Sequence record: SRR16203515_4350
Direction: 5' to 3' (one strand)
Length of the DNA stretch: 38,551 nucleotides
In this document: piece after piece, positions 28,007 to 38,101 of the stretch
Layout of the letters: each line of letters begins with the position of its first letter
Position numbering within the stretch: position 1 is the stretch's first letter
Notes under the pieces: generated by a model
What the model saw: only the letters and a program-made list of their open reading frames with translations
Databases searched by the model: none
Told to the model about the DNA's origin: nothing
Made by a program: the position numbers and the translations under genes

Positions 28007-28009
28007 AAA

Positions 28010-28651
28010 GTGGATATTCAAGTTATACCCGTTACCCCCTTTGCCCAAAATTGTTCCTTAATTTGGGACCCAGCCACCATGAAAGGCGCTTTTGTCGACC
28101 CAGGTGGTGATATCGACAAACTGATTTCGGCCGCCACCGCGCAAAAGGTTAATATTGATAAAGTAATTCTAACCCACGGCCACCTTGATCATGTTGGTGG
28201 CACTGTCGCCATTGCTCGACATTTCAATGTGCCCATTATTGGCCCCCATATCGGTGATAAGTTTTGGCTAGACGGGTTAATGCAGCAAAGCCAAATGTTT
28301 GGTTTTCCTCCAGCAACGCCTTTTGCGCCGGATAAATGGCTAGACGATAAAGAGACTATTTCGCTAGGAAGCCTGACATTAGAGGTATTGCATTGCCCAG
28401 GACATACCCCCGGTCATGTAGTTCTCGTTGAGCGAGCGAGTAACAAAGTGATTGTAGGTGACGTTATATTTGCCGGCTCGATAGGCAGGACAGATTTCCC
28501 GCAAGGCAATCAACAACAACTTATTGATGCCATTAAACAAAAAATAATGGTGTTGCCCGATGATATGACCATTTATCCGGGCCATGGCCCAACCACCACG
28601 GTGGTGGTAGAAAAAGCCACTAATCCCTATGTGTCAGGTAAATTTGGTTGA
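28010..28651 (+). CDS. gloC: MBL-fold hydrolase, YcbL/GloC (glyoxalase II-like)
   Basis: IPVTPF.QNC, LTHGHLDHVG, PGHTPGH, GD.IFAGSIGRTDFP, PGHGP. Confidence 0.85.
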   Translation: MDIQVIPVTPFAQNCSLIWDPATMKGAFVDPGGDIDKLISAATAQKVNIDKVILTHGHLDHVGGTVAIARHFNVPIIGPHIGDKFWLDGLMQQSQMFGFPPATPFAPDKWLDDKETISLGSLTLEVLHCPGHTPGHVVLVERASNKVIVGDVIFAGSIGRTDFPQGNQQQLIDAIKQKIMVLPDDMTIYPGHGPTTTVVVEKATNPYVSGKFG

Positions 28652-28678
28652 ACAGTAAAACGGCATGGGATGATACGC

Positions 28679-28705
28679 AAAAAGGCGAGGTTCAACCTCG
28701 CCTTT
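28679..28705. terminator. Bidirectional intrinsic terminator
   Basis: AAAGGCGAGG-TTCAA-CCTCGCCTTT between convergent genes. Confidence 0.85.
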
Positions 28706-28722
28706 ACTTTATTTAAGCTGAC

Positions 28723-29238
28723 TTATTCGTAGGCGCCACTGGCATAATGTAATTCATAGCTATGGCTGTAAATTTCCAAAATATTACCAAACGGGTCTTC
28801 CATATAAATCATACGATATGGCTTTTCACCCGGATAGTAATAACGCGGCGCTTTCATGCGCTTTTTACCACCGGCGGCAACGATTTTTTCGGCTAGCCCT
28901 TCTACATCTGGATCTTGTACGCAGAAGTGGAAGATGCCAGTTTTCCAGTATTCAAAGTTGTCTTCGGGGTTTTCCTGATCTTTGAATTCAAATATTTCGA
29001 CCCCAACCCGATCACCGGTGGATAAATGGGCAATGCGGAATTTTTCCCAGCCTGCACCAAATACGTCGGTACACATTTCGCCAATGGCCGAGTCATCCTC
29101 TTGGATCTCGGTGGGTTTCATAATTAAATACCAACCCAATACCTCAGTATAAAACTTAACGGCGGCATCAAGATCGGGTACCGAAATACCAATATGCGAA
29201 AATGTGCGGGGATATGGTGTTTTTACTGCTTCAGTCAT
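28723..29238 (-). CDS. VOC/lactoylglutathione lyase family protein (marine type)
   Basis: YPRTFSHIGISVPD, GVEIFEF, FHFCVQDPD, EDPFGNILEIYSHSYE; SD AGGAG. Confidence 0.92.
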   Translation of the reverse strand: MTEAVKTPYPRTFSHIGISVPDLDAAVKFYTEVLGWYLIMKPTEIQEDDSAIGEMCTDVFGAGWEKFRIAHLSTGDRVGVEIFEFKDQENPEDNFEYWKTGIFHFCVQDPDVEGLAEKIVAAGGKKRMKAPRYYYPGEKPYRMIYMEDPFGNILEIYSHSYELHYASGAYE

Positions 29239-29319
29239 AACTCACTCCTAATTCGTGAAAGTGGTGAGAGCATAGCTAGACAAAGAGCAAACTTGAAATT
29301 ATGATTATTTCTCAATTTG

Positions 29320-29334
29320 ATAATTTTAATTTAT
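29320..29334. promoter_or_regulatory. LysR-type T-N11-A operator in the divergent VOC/lysR spacer
   Basis: ATAA-N7-TTAT dyad directly before the lysR ATG. Confidence 0.6.
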
Positions 29335-29337
29335 GAC

Positions 29338-30234
29338 ATGTTAAACCCAGTTTGGTTAGAGACCTTCATTACCCTAGTCGATACAGGTAACTTTACCCGC
29401 ACCGCGGAACAACGCTTTATGACCCAACCCGGTGTGAGTCAACATGTGAAAAAGCTAGAGCAAGCCTGCGACAGTAAGCTGGTGGTCCGTCTTGGAAAGC
29501 GTATTCAGCTAACGGCGCAAGGTCGACAGGTTTATGATTACGCCAAGGCACAAAAAGCGCAGCAAGAGCACTTTGTTGCTAACCTAAAGTTTGATGCGCC
29601 TGATGAAGGAAAGTGCGTAATTGGCTGCTCAGGGGCCATAGCACAACGGATTTACCCTGAGTTACTGCGTTTACAAGGTAACTACCCAGGCTTGCGTATA
29701 CACCTTGAAGTAGCCCCTCGTACCAGCGTGATGGCAGGTATTGTCAATAACGCGATAGACTTGGGCATAGTGACCAATAAACCTAGCAACGAAGATATAG
29801 CCTGTACTTATCTAGGCGAGGAGCCGCTGGGGTTAATTTTGCCTAGGGTGGTACGCCATAGTGAAAAGGCGATAGATAAGGTACTGACATCGCTAGGCTT
29901 GATTGCCCACCCCGACGCTTTGCACTATTTACAACGCTACATAAACGATTGTGGCCAACCACTACTTAATAATTTAAACCCGGCCAACATTACGCAGACT
30001 GGCTATGTTAATCAACTATCACAAATTCTTCAGCCAGTGAGCAAAGGGTTAGGATTTACCGTTTTACCATTAAGTACACTACGATTTGTCGACTTCGCCG
30101 ATGAATTAAGGGTTTTTCAGTCAAAAAAGACCGTCACAGAGCCCTTATACAGCATACAAACCCCACATAGCGCACTGCCCGCGCGCTTTGCACGGGTAAA
30201 AGCGACTATTGCAAAGGCGCTATCTACCTCTTAG
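29338..30234 (+). CDS. LysR-family transcriptional regulator
   Basis: MLNP.WL.TF..LV..G.FT..A....MTQPGVSQH.KKLE helix-turn-helix; divergent from the VOC gene; start set at ATG 29338. Confidence 0.95.
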   Translation: MLNPVWLETFITLVDTGNFTRTAEQRFMTQPGVSQHVKKLEQACDSKLVVRLGKRIQLTAQGRQVYDYAKAQKAQQEHFVANLKFDAPDEGKCVIGCSGAIAQRIYPELLRLQGNYPGLRIHLEVAPRTSVMAGIVNNAIDLGIVTNKPSNEDIACTYLGEEPLGLILPRVVRHSEKAIDKVLTSLGLIAHPDALHYLQRYINDCGQPLLNNLNPANITQTGYVNQLSQILQPVSKGLGFTVLPLSTLRFVDFADELRVFQSKKTVTEPLYSIQTPHSALPARFARVKATIAKALSTS

Positions 30235-30253
30235 CTCGTGAAGGTGGTAACAA

Positions 30254-31090
30254 TTAGGATTGATGTAACGCAGGGTCCGGCGATACCATTTCGGCTTCTC
30301 GCTTGTGATCAGGCACATCAACTTTACCTGCTGCGATCACTTCACCTTCCTGCCATAATTTCCATTCACCCCGCTGGTAAATATCCCACTGTTCGTCATT
30401 CGTTAGCGGCTCGGTGGCTATGATGCTCACTACGTCCTTGGGAGTAGTTTCCGCTGCAAAGTCAATTTCCACTTCCACATCTCGCAAGCATGCAGGCCCA
30501 AATGGCGCTCGTCGTGTAATGCTGGCGAGCTTGGTACTACAAAATGTAAACAACCAGTCGCCGTTACTTAATAGGCAGTTAAATACGCCCTGCTGAGCAT
30601 ACCCTTTAGCAAGGGTAACCAACACTTCCGCCAGTTGTGCCGGCATGGCATCGCGGGATAAATTTTGTCTAACATTGTTCATAATGTCACAGAACAACTC
30701 TTCGCTATCGGTGTCCCCAACGGCTTCATAGATCCCTGAGCTTCCCGTGAAATTTGGTAACTGACCATTATGGGCGAATACCCAATAGCGCCCCCATAAT
30801 TCACGGGTAAACGGATGTGTATTGGCTAAATTAATATTGCCCACGTTGGCTTGGCGTATATGGCAAATCGCATTTTTGCTTTTTATCGGTAACTTGGAAA
30901 CGAAATCAGCAATCGGCGATGTCGCGCATGGCTCTGGATCGTGAAACATTCGCACGCCCTTACCCTCGTAAAAAGCCACTCCCCAGCCATCTTTATGTGG
31001 CCCGGTCTCACCACCTCGACGGGTTAGCCCCGTAAAGCTAAAACATAAGTCGGTGGGGGTATTGGCACTCATGCCTAATAGTTCACACAC
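30254..31090 (-). CDS. yafJ: Class II glutamine amidotransferase-like (Ntn hydrolase)
   Basis: MCELLGMSAN.PTD (Cys2 nucleophile), HKDGWG, NTHPF.REL.GR, FAHNG, TDSE. Confidence 0.93.
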   Translation of the reverse strand: MCELLGMSANTPTDLCFSFTGLTRRGGETGPHKDGWGVAFYEGKGVRMFHDPEPCATSPIADFVSKLPIKSKNAICHIRQANVGNINLANTHPFTRELWGRYWVFAHNGQLPNFTGSSGIYEAVGDTDSEELFCDIMNNVRQNLSRDAMPAQLAEVLVTLAKGYAQQGVFNCLLSNGDWLFTFCSTKLASITRRAPFGPACLRDVEVEIDFAAETTPKDVVSIIATEPLTNDEQWDIYQRGEWKLWQEGEVIAAGKVDVPDHKREAEMVSPDPALHQS

Positions 31091-31309
31091 TGCGTTTATT
31101 ACCTTTTGTAATTATTCCCAAGCACTTCTGCATTGAGAATACGCAAGTGAGAAGATTGAATCAATGATTGTTAAGCGCCGCTGTCCCGCCCCAAATTAAT
31201 GGGGGCGGCGTAGTTTTACAGAGATGCTCTGCGCTGACTCCATGACTTAATCAAAATGGGCGATTCGTGATAAACTATTATTAAATTTTGCGCAGAATAG
31301 CAATTTAGT

Positions 31310-31534
31310 ATGAATCAGCAACCTAACAACCCGTTACATGGTCTTACATTGGAAAAGATCGTTACCCAATTGTATGACTATTATGGCTGGGATGGACTTT
31401 ATTATCGCATTAGAATTAACTGCTTTGATAATAATCCGTCGATTAAATCGTCTTTGAAGTTTTTACGTAAGACTCAGTGGGCTCGAGATAAAGTAGAGCA
31501 GCTTTACCTACAAACCTTTACCAAGAACAACTAG
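31310..31534 (+). CDS. VF530/DUF2132 family small protein
   Basis: [12 protein letters not shown]...L...YGW..L...[28 protein letters not shown]. Confidence 0.92.
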   Translation: MNQQPNNPLHGLTLEKIVTQLYDYYGWDGLYYRIRINCFDNNPSIKSSLKFLRKTQWARDKVEQLYLQTFTKNN

Positions 31535-31691
31535 GTAGTGGTTTCCTAGTGGGTGAGAAATTGGATAACTGGGTAATTAGCCACTTGCCTTTGGCTCTAT
31601 CTTCGCGAATAGGTAAAGCGAGGCGCGCGAGGGAGAGGTAGCTTCCTCCCCCTTGCTCACGCCTTGGAATCTCGCATCGGCATCACGCTTA

Positions 31692-32567
31692 CTACGCGTC
31701 GTTATATAAGGTGGTGATCCACTTTTCTTCGGTAATAAAATTCCAGTGCCAACTAGCCCACTTTTCCTCTAGTCCCATGGCTTTCACTTCTTCAAGTGAC
31801 TTACCCGCTTGCTTTAAATCTTTAACGTAACTGAAGGTCTCACTTATCATGGTTAAAAACGAGCGGTATTCGGCTTTGTCGCTTATTGCACCATGGCCTG
31901 GGATAATTACCGTGTCGTCATCTATCTTGCCTAGCAAATGCTGTACAGACTCCATATAGCCTTCCACGTTACCGCCCGCGCCTTGGTCGATATAGGGAAA
32001 CATGCCATTGAAATATAAATCGCCAGTATGTAGCACATCGGGCTGCTCAAACCATACCACACTGTCACCATCGGTATGGCCTACCGGCAAATGCATCACG
32101 TGCACCGTTTCGCCATTGAAATAAATTTTGATGCCATCGTCATAAGTAACCGTAGGCAAGGCTTCGGGTTTAACCTTTTCATCATCCGCTAGGCGTACAC
32201 GAACATTTTCATGGGCAAAGATGGTAGCCCCTTTATGGCTATGGAAAAACGCATTAGAACCAGTATGGTCGCCGTGATAATGGGTGTTAATCACATACTT
32301 AGGTTTATCATCACCTAACTCCCCTAACTGTGCCGCTATTTTTTCTGCTAAGGGGGCAAACTGATCATCAATAATGAGCACCCCATCTTCTCCGGCAGAC
32401 ACCCCTATGTTCCCCCCTGCGCCTGTGAGCATATGAACGGCCCCCTTAATCGCAGTGGCGTTAACTTCAACATCAGCAAAGCGATCTTGGGCGAGGCTAT
32501 TTGTCGACATGGTCGCGCCATAAAGGGCGCAAAGTAATAAGGCACAAGGCGTAATAGGGCTTTTCAT
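31692..32567 (-). CDS. Exported MBL-fold metallohydrolase (cyclase-like)
   Basis: Signal peptide; GAGGNIGV, IDDQFAPL, NTHYHGDHTG, GHTDGD, HTGD, IPGHG. Start set at the ATG after AAGGA. Confidence 0.9.
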   Translation of the reverse strand: MKSPITPCALLLCALYGATMSTNSLAQDRFADVEVNATAIKGAVHMLTGAGGNIGVSAGEDGVLIIDDQFAPLAEKIAAQLGELGDDKPKYVINTHYHGDHTGSNAFFHSHKGATIFAHENVRVRLADDEKVKPEALPTVTYDDGIKIYFNGETVHVMHLPVGHTDGDSVVWFEQPDVLHTGDLYFNGMFPYIDQGAGGNVEGYMESVQHLLGKIDDDTVIIPGHGAISDKAEYRSFLTMISETFSYVKDLKQAGKSLEEVKAMGLEEKWASWHWNFITEEKWITTLYNDA

Positions 32568-32681
32568 GATGGGATCCTTTGTTGTTAGTATGGGCAAGAT
32601 AACGTTCTATTGCCTTTCACCTGCTGTGTTCGTAGTTAAAAGGCAAACCCGCAATCTTGCTTAAGCTTCATACACTATGGC

Positions 32682-32942
32682 TTACTTCGGCGGATAGATC
32701 ATATTTTCATCATCGGGAATGTCACTTACGTAGGCAAAGCGAGGAATAACCTCGCCATTGCGCTCAATGTTTTCACAAAACATGCTCAAAGGACGCACCC
32801 ATAACCCGCGCTCTCCATAGCAGGGCCGGTAGACTACCAGCTTACTCTCATCTTCTGAGTGAGTGGCAACTTCATACACATCATAAAAGTTACCCTTATA
32901 GTGTTGGTAACGCCCCGGTTTTATTAACTGGCTATCCTTCAT
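32682..32942 (-). CDS. DUF1653 family protein
   Basis: G.Y.HYKG..Y.V...ATHSE.E..LVVYR..YG...LWVRP..MF...RF; ATGA overlap with dinB. Confidence 0.92.
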   Translation of the reverse strand: MKDSQLIKPGRYQHYKGNFYDVYEVATHSEDESKLVVYRPCYGERGLWVRPLSMFCENIERNGEVIPRFAYVSDIPDDENMIYPPK

Positions 32943-34015
32943 TTTTGTTCCTCAAATGGTAACGGTAATTGTTGACTAGACTGGTGTTCGGCCAGTCCAA
33001 TATGAAGCCCCACTAAGCGTATCCCTCTGCCGTTGCCGCGCTCAAACGCTTCTTCCATCAACTCATGAAAGTAACCTTCACTAAGTTGAGTTTGCCGATG
33101 CTCTACGGTGGTTAACTGGAAATCACTAAATTTCAGCTTTACGCCTTGCGTGCGCAGTCTTACAGGCCTACCCGTACGTTTTTTATGATTCTCTATGCGT
33201 TCGGTTAGTTTCTCAAGTAGATGGGGAAGAAAGGCTTTGCACTCATCGAGGCTGTGAATATCGTCGCTTAAGGTACGCTCAACCCCAATCGACTTGCGTT
33301 CCCGGGATACCGATAGTTCGCGCTCGTCAATACCATGCGCACGTTCCCACAATACACTACCAAATTTCCCCAACGCCTTTTGAATTCGCTCAAAAGGATA
33401 TTGCCTAACATCGTTGCAAGTGGTTAAGCCCATGCGCTGTAGCTTCTGCATGGTCACTTTGCCAACGCCGGGAATTTTCTTCAGCGGCATATGGCGAACA
33501 AATGCATCTAACTTCTCTGGCGTTACTACGCAGATACCGTCAGGCTTATTCTCGTCACTGGCTACCTTAGCCACAAACTTGCAAGGGGCAACACCGGCAG
33601 AGGCGGTTAATCCAAGCTCGCGGCTGATGCGCCCACGAATTTCTTCGGCGATCAGGGTAGCGCTACCATCACAAAATAAGCTATTGGTGACATCAAGATA
33701 CGCTTCATCAAGGGAGAGCGGTTCTATAAGGTCAGTGTAGTCGGCAAAAATTTTTCTTATCTTTTGTGACTCACTGGCATATACCTCCATTCGCCCTTTG
33801 ACTAGGGTTAAATTAGGGCACAATTTCATCGCGTAGGCAGTAGCCATCGCAGAGCGCACACCGTACTTTCGGGCAGGGTAATTACACGTGGATATAACGC
33901 CTCTATGTTCAGAGCTACCGCCGATAGCGATAGGAATGTCGCGCAAGGCCGGATTATCACGCATTTCAACGGCGGCATAAAAACAATCCATGTCTACGTG
34001 GATAATTTTTCGCAT
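32939..34015 (-). CDS. dinB: DNA polymerase IV
   Basis: [52 protein letters not shown]. Confidence 0.98.
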   Translation of the reverse strand: MRKIIHVDMDCFYAAVEMRDNPALRDIPIAIGGSSEHRGVISTCNYPARKYGVRSAMATAYAMKLCPNLTLVKGRMEVYASESQKIRKIFADYTDLIEPLSLDEAYLDVTNSLFCDGSATLIAEEIRGRISRELGLTASAGVAPCKFVAKVASDENKPDGICVVTPEKLDAFVRHMPLKKIPGVGKVTMQKLQRMGLTTCNDVRQYPFERIQKALGKFGSVLWERAHGIDERELSVSRERKSIGVERTLSDDIHSLDECKAFLPHLLEKLTERIENHKKRTGRPVRLRTQGVKLKFSDFQLTTVEHRQTQLSEGYFHELMEEAFERGNGRGIRLVGLHIGLAEHQSSQQLPLPFEEQK

Positions 34016-34066
34016 ATAAATGGTTAACCCCTAGCAACGAATCTTAAACGCTTAAAGTAGTGAGCA

Positions 34067-34082
34067 CTGTATAAAAGGACAG
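34067..34082. promoter_or_regulatory. LexA (SOS) box upstream of dinB
   Basis: CTGTATAAAAGGACAG = CTGT-N8-ACAG, about 50 nt upstream of the dinB start. Confidence 0.9.
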
Positions 34083-34178
34083 TATAAAACCAATGACCGA
34101 AAAGTTCACCTATTTGATTAGACCCTCTTCGGTGTAGCTTGTTATACGCATCATCCCACTTTAAGGTTGTTAACCAAT

Positions 34179-34214
34179 AAAAAAGCGCTGAGGTCTTATG
34201 ACACTCAGCGCTTT
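34179..34214 (-). terminator. Intrinsic terminator after nqrM
   Basis: AAAGCGCTGAG...CTCAGCGCTTT stem; T-tract on the minus strand. Confidence 0.85.
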
Positions 34215-34252
34215 AAAATAAACCTCGTTGGCTTTAGTACAAACCAAGCTAA

Positions 34253-34486
34253 CTAGATAATTTGGTTTTGCTTCCACTCATCCAGTTTTTTCTGACGAGC
34301 TTGCTCTTTTTCCATCCGCGACTTTTTACGATCGCAGGGCTCTGGGCAATCGCAGGCCTTCTCGATGCCTAACGCACCAAGGCCACCACAACTACCAGAG
34401 ATAGATTTACGTTGCACAAGATAACCTACTGCCATGGCCGCGACCATGGTAAGGAAAAAACCAAATGCAAGAATGAACGTGGACAT
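34253..34486 (-). CDS. nqrM: Na+-NQR maturation factor (DUF539)
   Basis: One TM helix followed by AMAVG...K.ISGSCGGL..LGIEK.CDC..PC; directly after apbE. Confidence 0.95.
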   Translation of the reverse strand: MSTFILAFGFFLTMVAAMAVGYLVQRKSISGSCGGLGALGIEKACDCPEPCDRKKSRMEKEQARQKKLDEWKQNQII

Positions 34487-34496
34487 AGTGTACCCC

Positions 34497-35528
34497 TTAA
34501 TCTTTTACGTCGACCAGTTTATCAAATTCTGGCGATGCATACTCCTCAAATCCGTCTTGTGTGCGACGAATAAGAAAAACTGCAAGTTGTTGCTGTTCTG
34601 CCAGTGCTATTGCTTTATCCCAGCCCATCACATTAAATGCCGTTGCCAGTCCGTCTGACGTCATTGATGACGGATGGATCACCGTGGCCGAAACCAGATT
34701 ATGACTAATAGGCTCACCGGTGGTCGGGTTAATAAGGTGAGAGTAGCGCACACCATCTTGCTCATAATAGTTACGATAATCGCCTGACGTCGCCACAGCA
34801 TTTGTACCTATTGAGACCACTTTTTGGATTGCGCGTTCCGTAGTGATCGGCTTTTCAATAGCAATAAGCCATTCACTGCCATCACCTCGCTCACCTTTCA
34901 CCCGCATTTCCCCCCCTATTTCCACAAGGTAGTTATGTAAATCATGCTTTTCAAGGATGCTGGCCACCTCATCTACCCCAAAGCCCTTGGCGATGGTGGA
35001 GAGATCCACATACAACATAGGGTTGCTTTTCTTTAGTCCTGTGGCCGTGGTTGTTAGCTTGTCATAACCCACGTATTCACGAACTTGTGCAACCTGTTCA
35101 GCGGAAGGACGCACCTCGGGGCGTTTATTTGGACCAAACCCCCATAGATTCACTAGCGGTCCTACGGTCACATCAAGCACACCATCACTTAATTGCGCTA
35201 AACGTAATGCTTCGTTCACCACTTTAAGGGTGTCACTAGATACTGCAAAGTTGTCGGTATAACGATACTGATTAAAGCGTGATAGTTCTGACGTAGCGTC
35301 ATAGGTAGACATCATTTTGTTGATGGCCACTAACTTTTCATCTATTTCCGCCTGCAGACCTGCTACCGCGTCTTCCCCCTCACCGAGCACGTATTTAACG
35401 TTATAGGTGGTGCCCATGGTTTGCCCCTGTAGATGCACCACAGGTGCTGGCTTTTCGCTACAACTAGCCAGTATAAGTATACCGATAGCAATGACGGCCA
35501 ATAAAATTCGGGCAAAAAATCGAATCAC
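34497..35528 (-). CDS. apbE: FAD:protein FMN transferase, lipoprotein
   Basis: Lipobox LAS-C; G.TMGTTY, D.TVGPLVNLWGFG, DLS.IAKG.GVD, ATSGDYRNY; GTG start. Confidence 0.97.
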   Translation of the reverse strand: MIRFFARILLAVIAIGILILASCSEKPAPVVHLQGQTMGTTYNVKYVLGEGEDAVAGLQAEIDEKLVAINKMMSTYDATSELSRFNQYRYTDNFAVSSDTLKVVNEALRLAQLSDGVLDVTVGPLVNLWGFGPNKRPEVRPSAEQVAQVREYVGYDKLTTTATGLKKSNPMLYVDLSTIAKGFGVDEVASILEKHDLHNYLVEIGGEMRVKGERGDGSEWLIAIEKPITTERAIQKVVSIGTNAVATSGDYRNYYEQDGVRYSHLINPTTGEPISHNLVSATVIHPSSMTSDGLATAFNVMGWDKAIALAEQQQLAVFLIRRTQDGFEEYASPEFDKLVDVKD

Positions 35529-35549
35529 ATTATTATCCTTTAGGTAAAC

Positions 35550-35573
35550 AAAAAGGGGGCTATTGCCCCCTTT
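35550..35573 (-). terminator. Terminator/attenuating hairpin between nqrF and apbE
   Basis: Minus strand AAAGGGGGC-AATA-GCCCCCTTTTT. Confidence 0.8.
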
Positions 35574-35593
35574 CTTCGTTTAATGCTATCTAC

Positions 35594-36826
35594 TTAACCA
35601 CCGAAGTCATCAAGCATGATATTTTCGTCTTCAACACCTAGGTCTTTCAGCATGTTGATAACCGCTGCGTTCATCATAGGTGGACCACACATGTAGAACT
35701 CACAGTCTTCTGGCGCTGGGTGATCTTTCAGGTAGTTCTCAAGAAGCACCTGGTGAATGAAGCCAGTCTTACCTTCCCAGTTATCTTCTGGTTGTGGATC
35801 AGATAGGGCAACATGCCACTCAAAGTTATCATTCTCTTCAGCTAGCTCATCGAAATCTTCTACGTAAAACATTTCGCGAAGTGAACGTGCACCGTACCAG
35901 AAGCTAATCTTACGATCTGACTTCAGACGACGAAGCTGGTCAAAAATGTGTGAACGCATAGGGGCCATACCTGCACCACCACCTACGAACACCATCTCAG
36001 CGTCAGTATCTTTAGCGAAGAATTCACCGAATGGACCAGAGATAGTCGCCTTGTCGCCCTCTTTAAGGCTCCAAATGTACGATGACATCTTACCAGCAGG
36101 TAGGCTCAAATTATTAGGCGGCGGCGTAGCGATACGCACGTTTAGCATAATAATGCCTTCTTCTTCTGGGTAGTTAGCCATTGAGTAAGCACGAATGGTC
36201 TCTTCATCAACCTTAGACTCAATATCGAAGAAGCCAAAGCGTTCCCAATCACCACGATACTCTTCTGGAATCTCGAAGTCTTTGTACTTAACGTGGTGCG
36301 CTGGCGCTTCAATTTGAATGTAACCACCGGCACGGAAAGGTACACTCTCGCCATTAGGAATTTTAAGCTTAAGTTCTTTGATGAAGGTGGCTTTGCTGTC
36401 ATTAGAAATAACTTCACAATCCCACTTCTTGATACCAAATACTTCTTCTGGCAGCTCAATCTTCATGTCTTGCTTAATCGCAACCTGACATGATAGACGA
36501 CAACCTTCACGGGCCTCACCTTTCGTGATGTGGTCAAGCTCAGTAGGTAGAATTTCACCACCCCCTTCTTTCACGTCCACACGACACTGGCCACATGAAC
36601 CACCGCCACCACAGGCTGAAGACACAAAGATACCCGCTTCTGCCAATGCACCTAGTAGCTTGCCACCCGGTGCAGTGGTGATCGTGTTCTCTGGATCGTC
36701 ATTGATTAGAATTTTCACATCACCACTAGGTACCAACTTAGACTTGGCAAACATGATGATGAATACCAGCGCCAATACGATGGCAATGAACATGCCGACG
36801 CCTAAAAATATTTCTACTTGATTCAT
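35594..36826 (-). CDS. nqrF: Na+-translocating NADH:quinone reductase subunit F
   Basis: [12 protein letters not shown] [2Fe-2S] motif, [29 protein letters not shown]-terminus. Confidence 0.99.
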   Translation of the reverse strand: MNQVEIFLGVGMFIAIVLALVFIIMFAKSKLVPSGDVKILINDDPENTITTAPGGKLLGALAEAGIFVSSACGGGGSCGQCRVDVKEGGGEILPTELDHITKGEAREGCRLSCQVAIKQDMKIELPEEVFGIKKWDCEVISNDSKATFIKELKLKIPNGESVPFRAGGYIQIEAPAHHVKYKDFEIPEEYRGDWERFGFFDIESKVDEETIRAYSMANYPEEEGIIMLNVRIATPPPNNLSLPAGKMSSYIWSLKEGDKATISGPFGEFFAKDTDAEMVFVGGGAGMAPMRSHIFDQLRRLKSDRKISFWYGARSLREMFYVEDFDELAEENDNFEWHVALSDPQPEDNWEGKTGFIHQVLLENYLKDHPAPEDCEFYMCGPPMMNAAVINMLKDLGVEDENIMLDDFGG

Positions 36827-36846
36827 TTAAATGCTCCCGAGCTCTA

Positions 36847-37455
36847 TTAAAGCTGAATACCAGTGAATGACTGGAAGCCCAGTGCCATAAGCCCGGCAAT
36901 CATAAAGACTGAACCAAGACCACGAACACCATCTGGCATATCTGCATATTTCAGCTTTTCACGTACAGCGGCCAACAACACGATAGCAATTGCCCAACCA
37001 ATACCACTTCCTACGCCGTAAACAACACTTTCGGTCAAGTTGTATTCACGTTGAACCGCAAATGCAACACCACCGAAGATGGCACAGTTAACTGTGATAA
37101 GCGGCAGGAAAATACCAAGCGCGTTATATAGCGCAGGGAAAAACTTATCCAAGCTCATTTCTAGTATTTGAACCAACGCAGCAATAACGCCGATGAAGGT
37201 CAAAAAGTTAAGGAAGCTTAAATCAGCATCAGGGAAACCTGCCCAGGCTAACGCACCTGGAGCAAGAATATTTACGTAAATGATTTGGTTTACCGGTACT
37301 GAGATACCCAGTACAACGACAACCGCAACACCTAGACCCATAGCAGTTTTTACTTTCTTTGATACCGCAAGGAAAGTACACATCCCTAAGAAAAGGGACA
37401 ACGCCATGTTTTCAACAAAAATTGAACGAACAAATAACGACAAATAATGTTCCAT
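36847..37455 (-). CDS. nqrE: Na+-NQR subunit E
   Basis: [37 protein letters not shown]. Confidence 0.99.
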   Translation of the reverse strand: MEHYLSLFVRSIFVENMALSLFLGMCTFLAVSKKVKTAMGLGVAVVVVLGISVPVNQIIYVNILAPGALAWAGFPDADLSFLNFLTFIGVIAALVQILEMSLDKFFPALYNALGIFLPLITVNCAIFGGVAFAVQREYNLTESVVYGVGSGIGWAIAIVLLAAVREKLKYADMPDGVRGLGSVFMIAGLMALGFQSFTGIQL

Positions 37456-37458
37456 GAC

Positions 37459-38091
37459 TTACTCCTTAGGCTCAACTTGCTCGGGACGAAGGGTACGGAT
37501 AACCCAAATCATACCGCCGATTAAGAAGAACGAGCTAAATGGTAGGATTAACAAACCATTACCCTGATACCAACCACCATTTTGAACCAATGGAAGAATT
37601 TCAAACCCTAGAATGGTACCGAAACCGAACAATTCTTTGATCGTACCGATAACCACTAGAATGAAGGAGTAGCCTAAGCCATTACCAATTCCGTCTAGGA
37701 AGCTCATTAGCGGTGGACTCTTCATCGCATAAGCTTCTGCACGGCCCATTACGATACAGTTAGTAATTATAAGACCAACAAACACCGACAGCTGCTTCGA
37801 TATCTCATACGAATAAGCTTTTAGAATTTGGTCAACAACAATTACCAAGGATGCAATGATCGTCATTTGAATAATAATTCGCACACTCGATGGAATCTGG
37901 TTACGAATCATTGATATAAACAAGTTTGAAAATGCTACAACACTTGTAAGTGCAAGTGACATAACCAAGGCTGTTTCCAGCTTGGTGGTAATTGCCAATG
38001 CAGAACAAATACCCAATACCTGAAGGGCGATAGGGTTATTGTCTAGGATAGGCCCAAACAGGGCCTTTTTCATTTCTTTAGTATCTGCCAT
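37459..38091 (-). CDS. nqrD: Na+-NQR subunit D
   Basis: [31 protein letters not shown]. Confidence 0.99.
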   Translation of the reverse strand: MADTKEMKKALFGPILDNNPIALQVLGICSALAITTKLETALVMSLALTSVVAFSNLFISMIRNQIPSSVRIIIQMTIIASLVIVVDQILKAYSYEISKQLSVFVGLIITNCIVMGRAEAYAMKSPPLMSFLDGIGNGLGYSFILVVIGTIKELFGFGTILGFEILPLVQNGGWYQGNGLLILPFSSFFLIGGMIWVIRTLRPEQVEPKE

Positions 38092-38101
38092 GAGACTTCC
38101 C

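Noticed and set aside
31535-31691. tRNA, SRP RNA or group II intron domain in this spacer
   Set aside because: No cloverleaf, T-loop or domain V consensus; only the hairpin is reported.
32640-32670. GGCAAACCC-GCAA resembling the start of a c-di-GMP-I riboswitch
   Set aside because: Lacks the closing stem and GACGCAAA segment, and lies on the strand opposite the downstream gene.
34145-34170. Minus-strand ACAACC-N16-CGTAT, a possible ECF promoter for dinB
   Set aside because: Weak -35 match and well upstream of the LexA box; cannot be told from chance.
2015-36821. Many 60-135 aa ORFs nested in or antisense to called genes (for example 2015-2422, 20624-20935, 33414-33740, 36142-36459)
   Set aside because: Fully overlapped by well-supported CDS, with no motifs; expected shadow frames.
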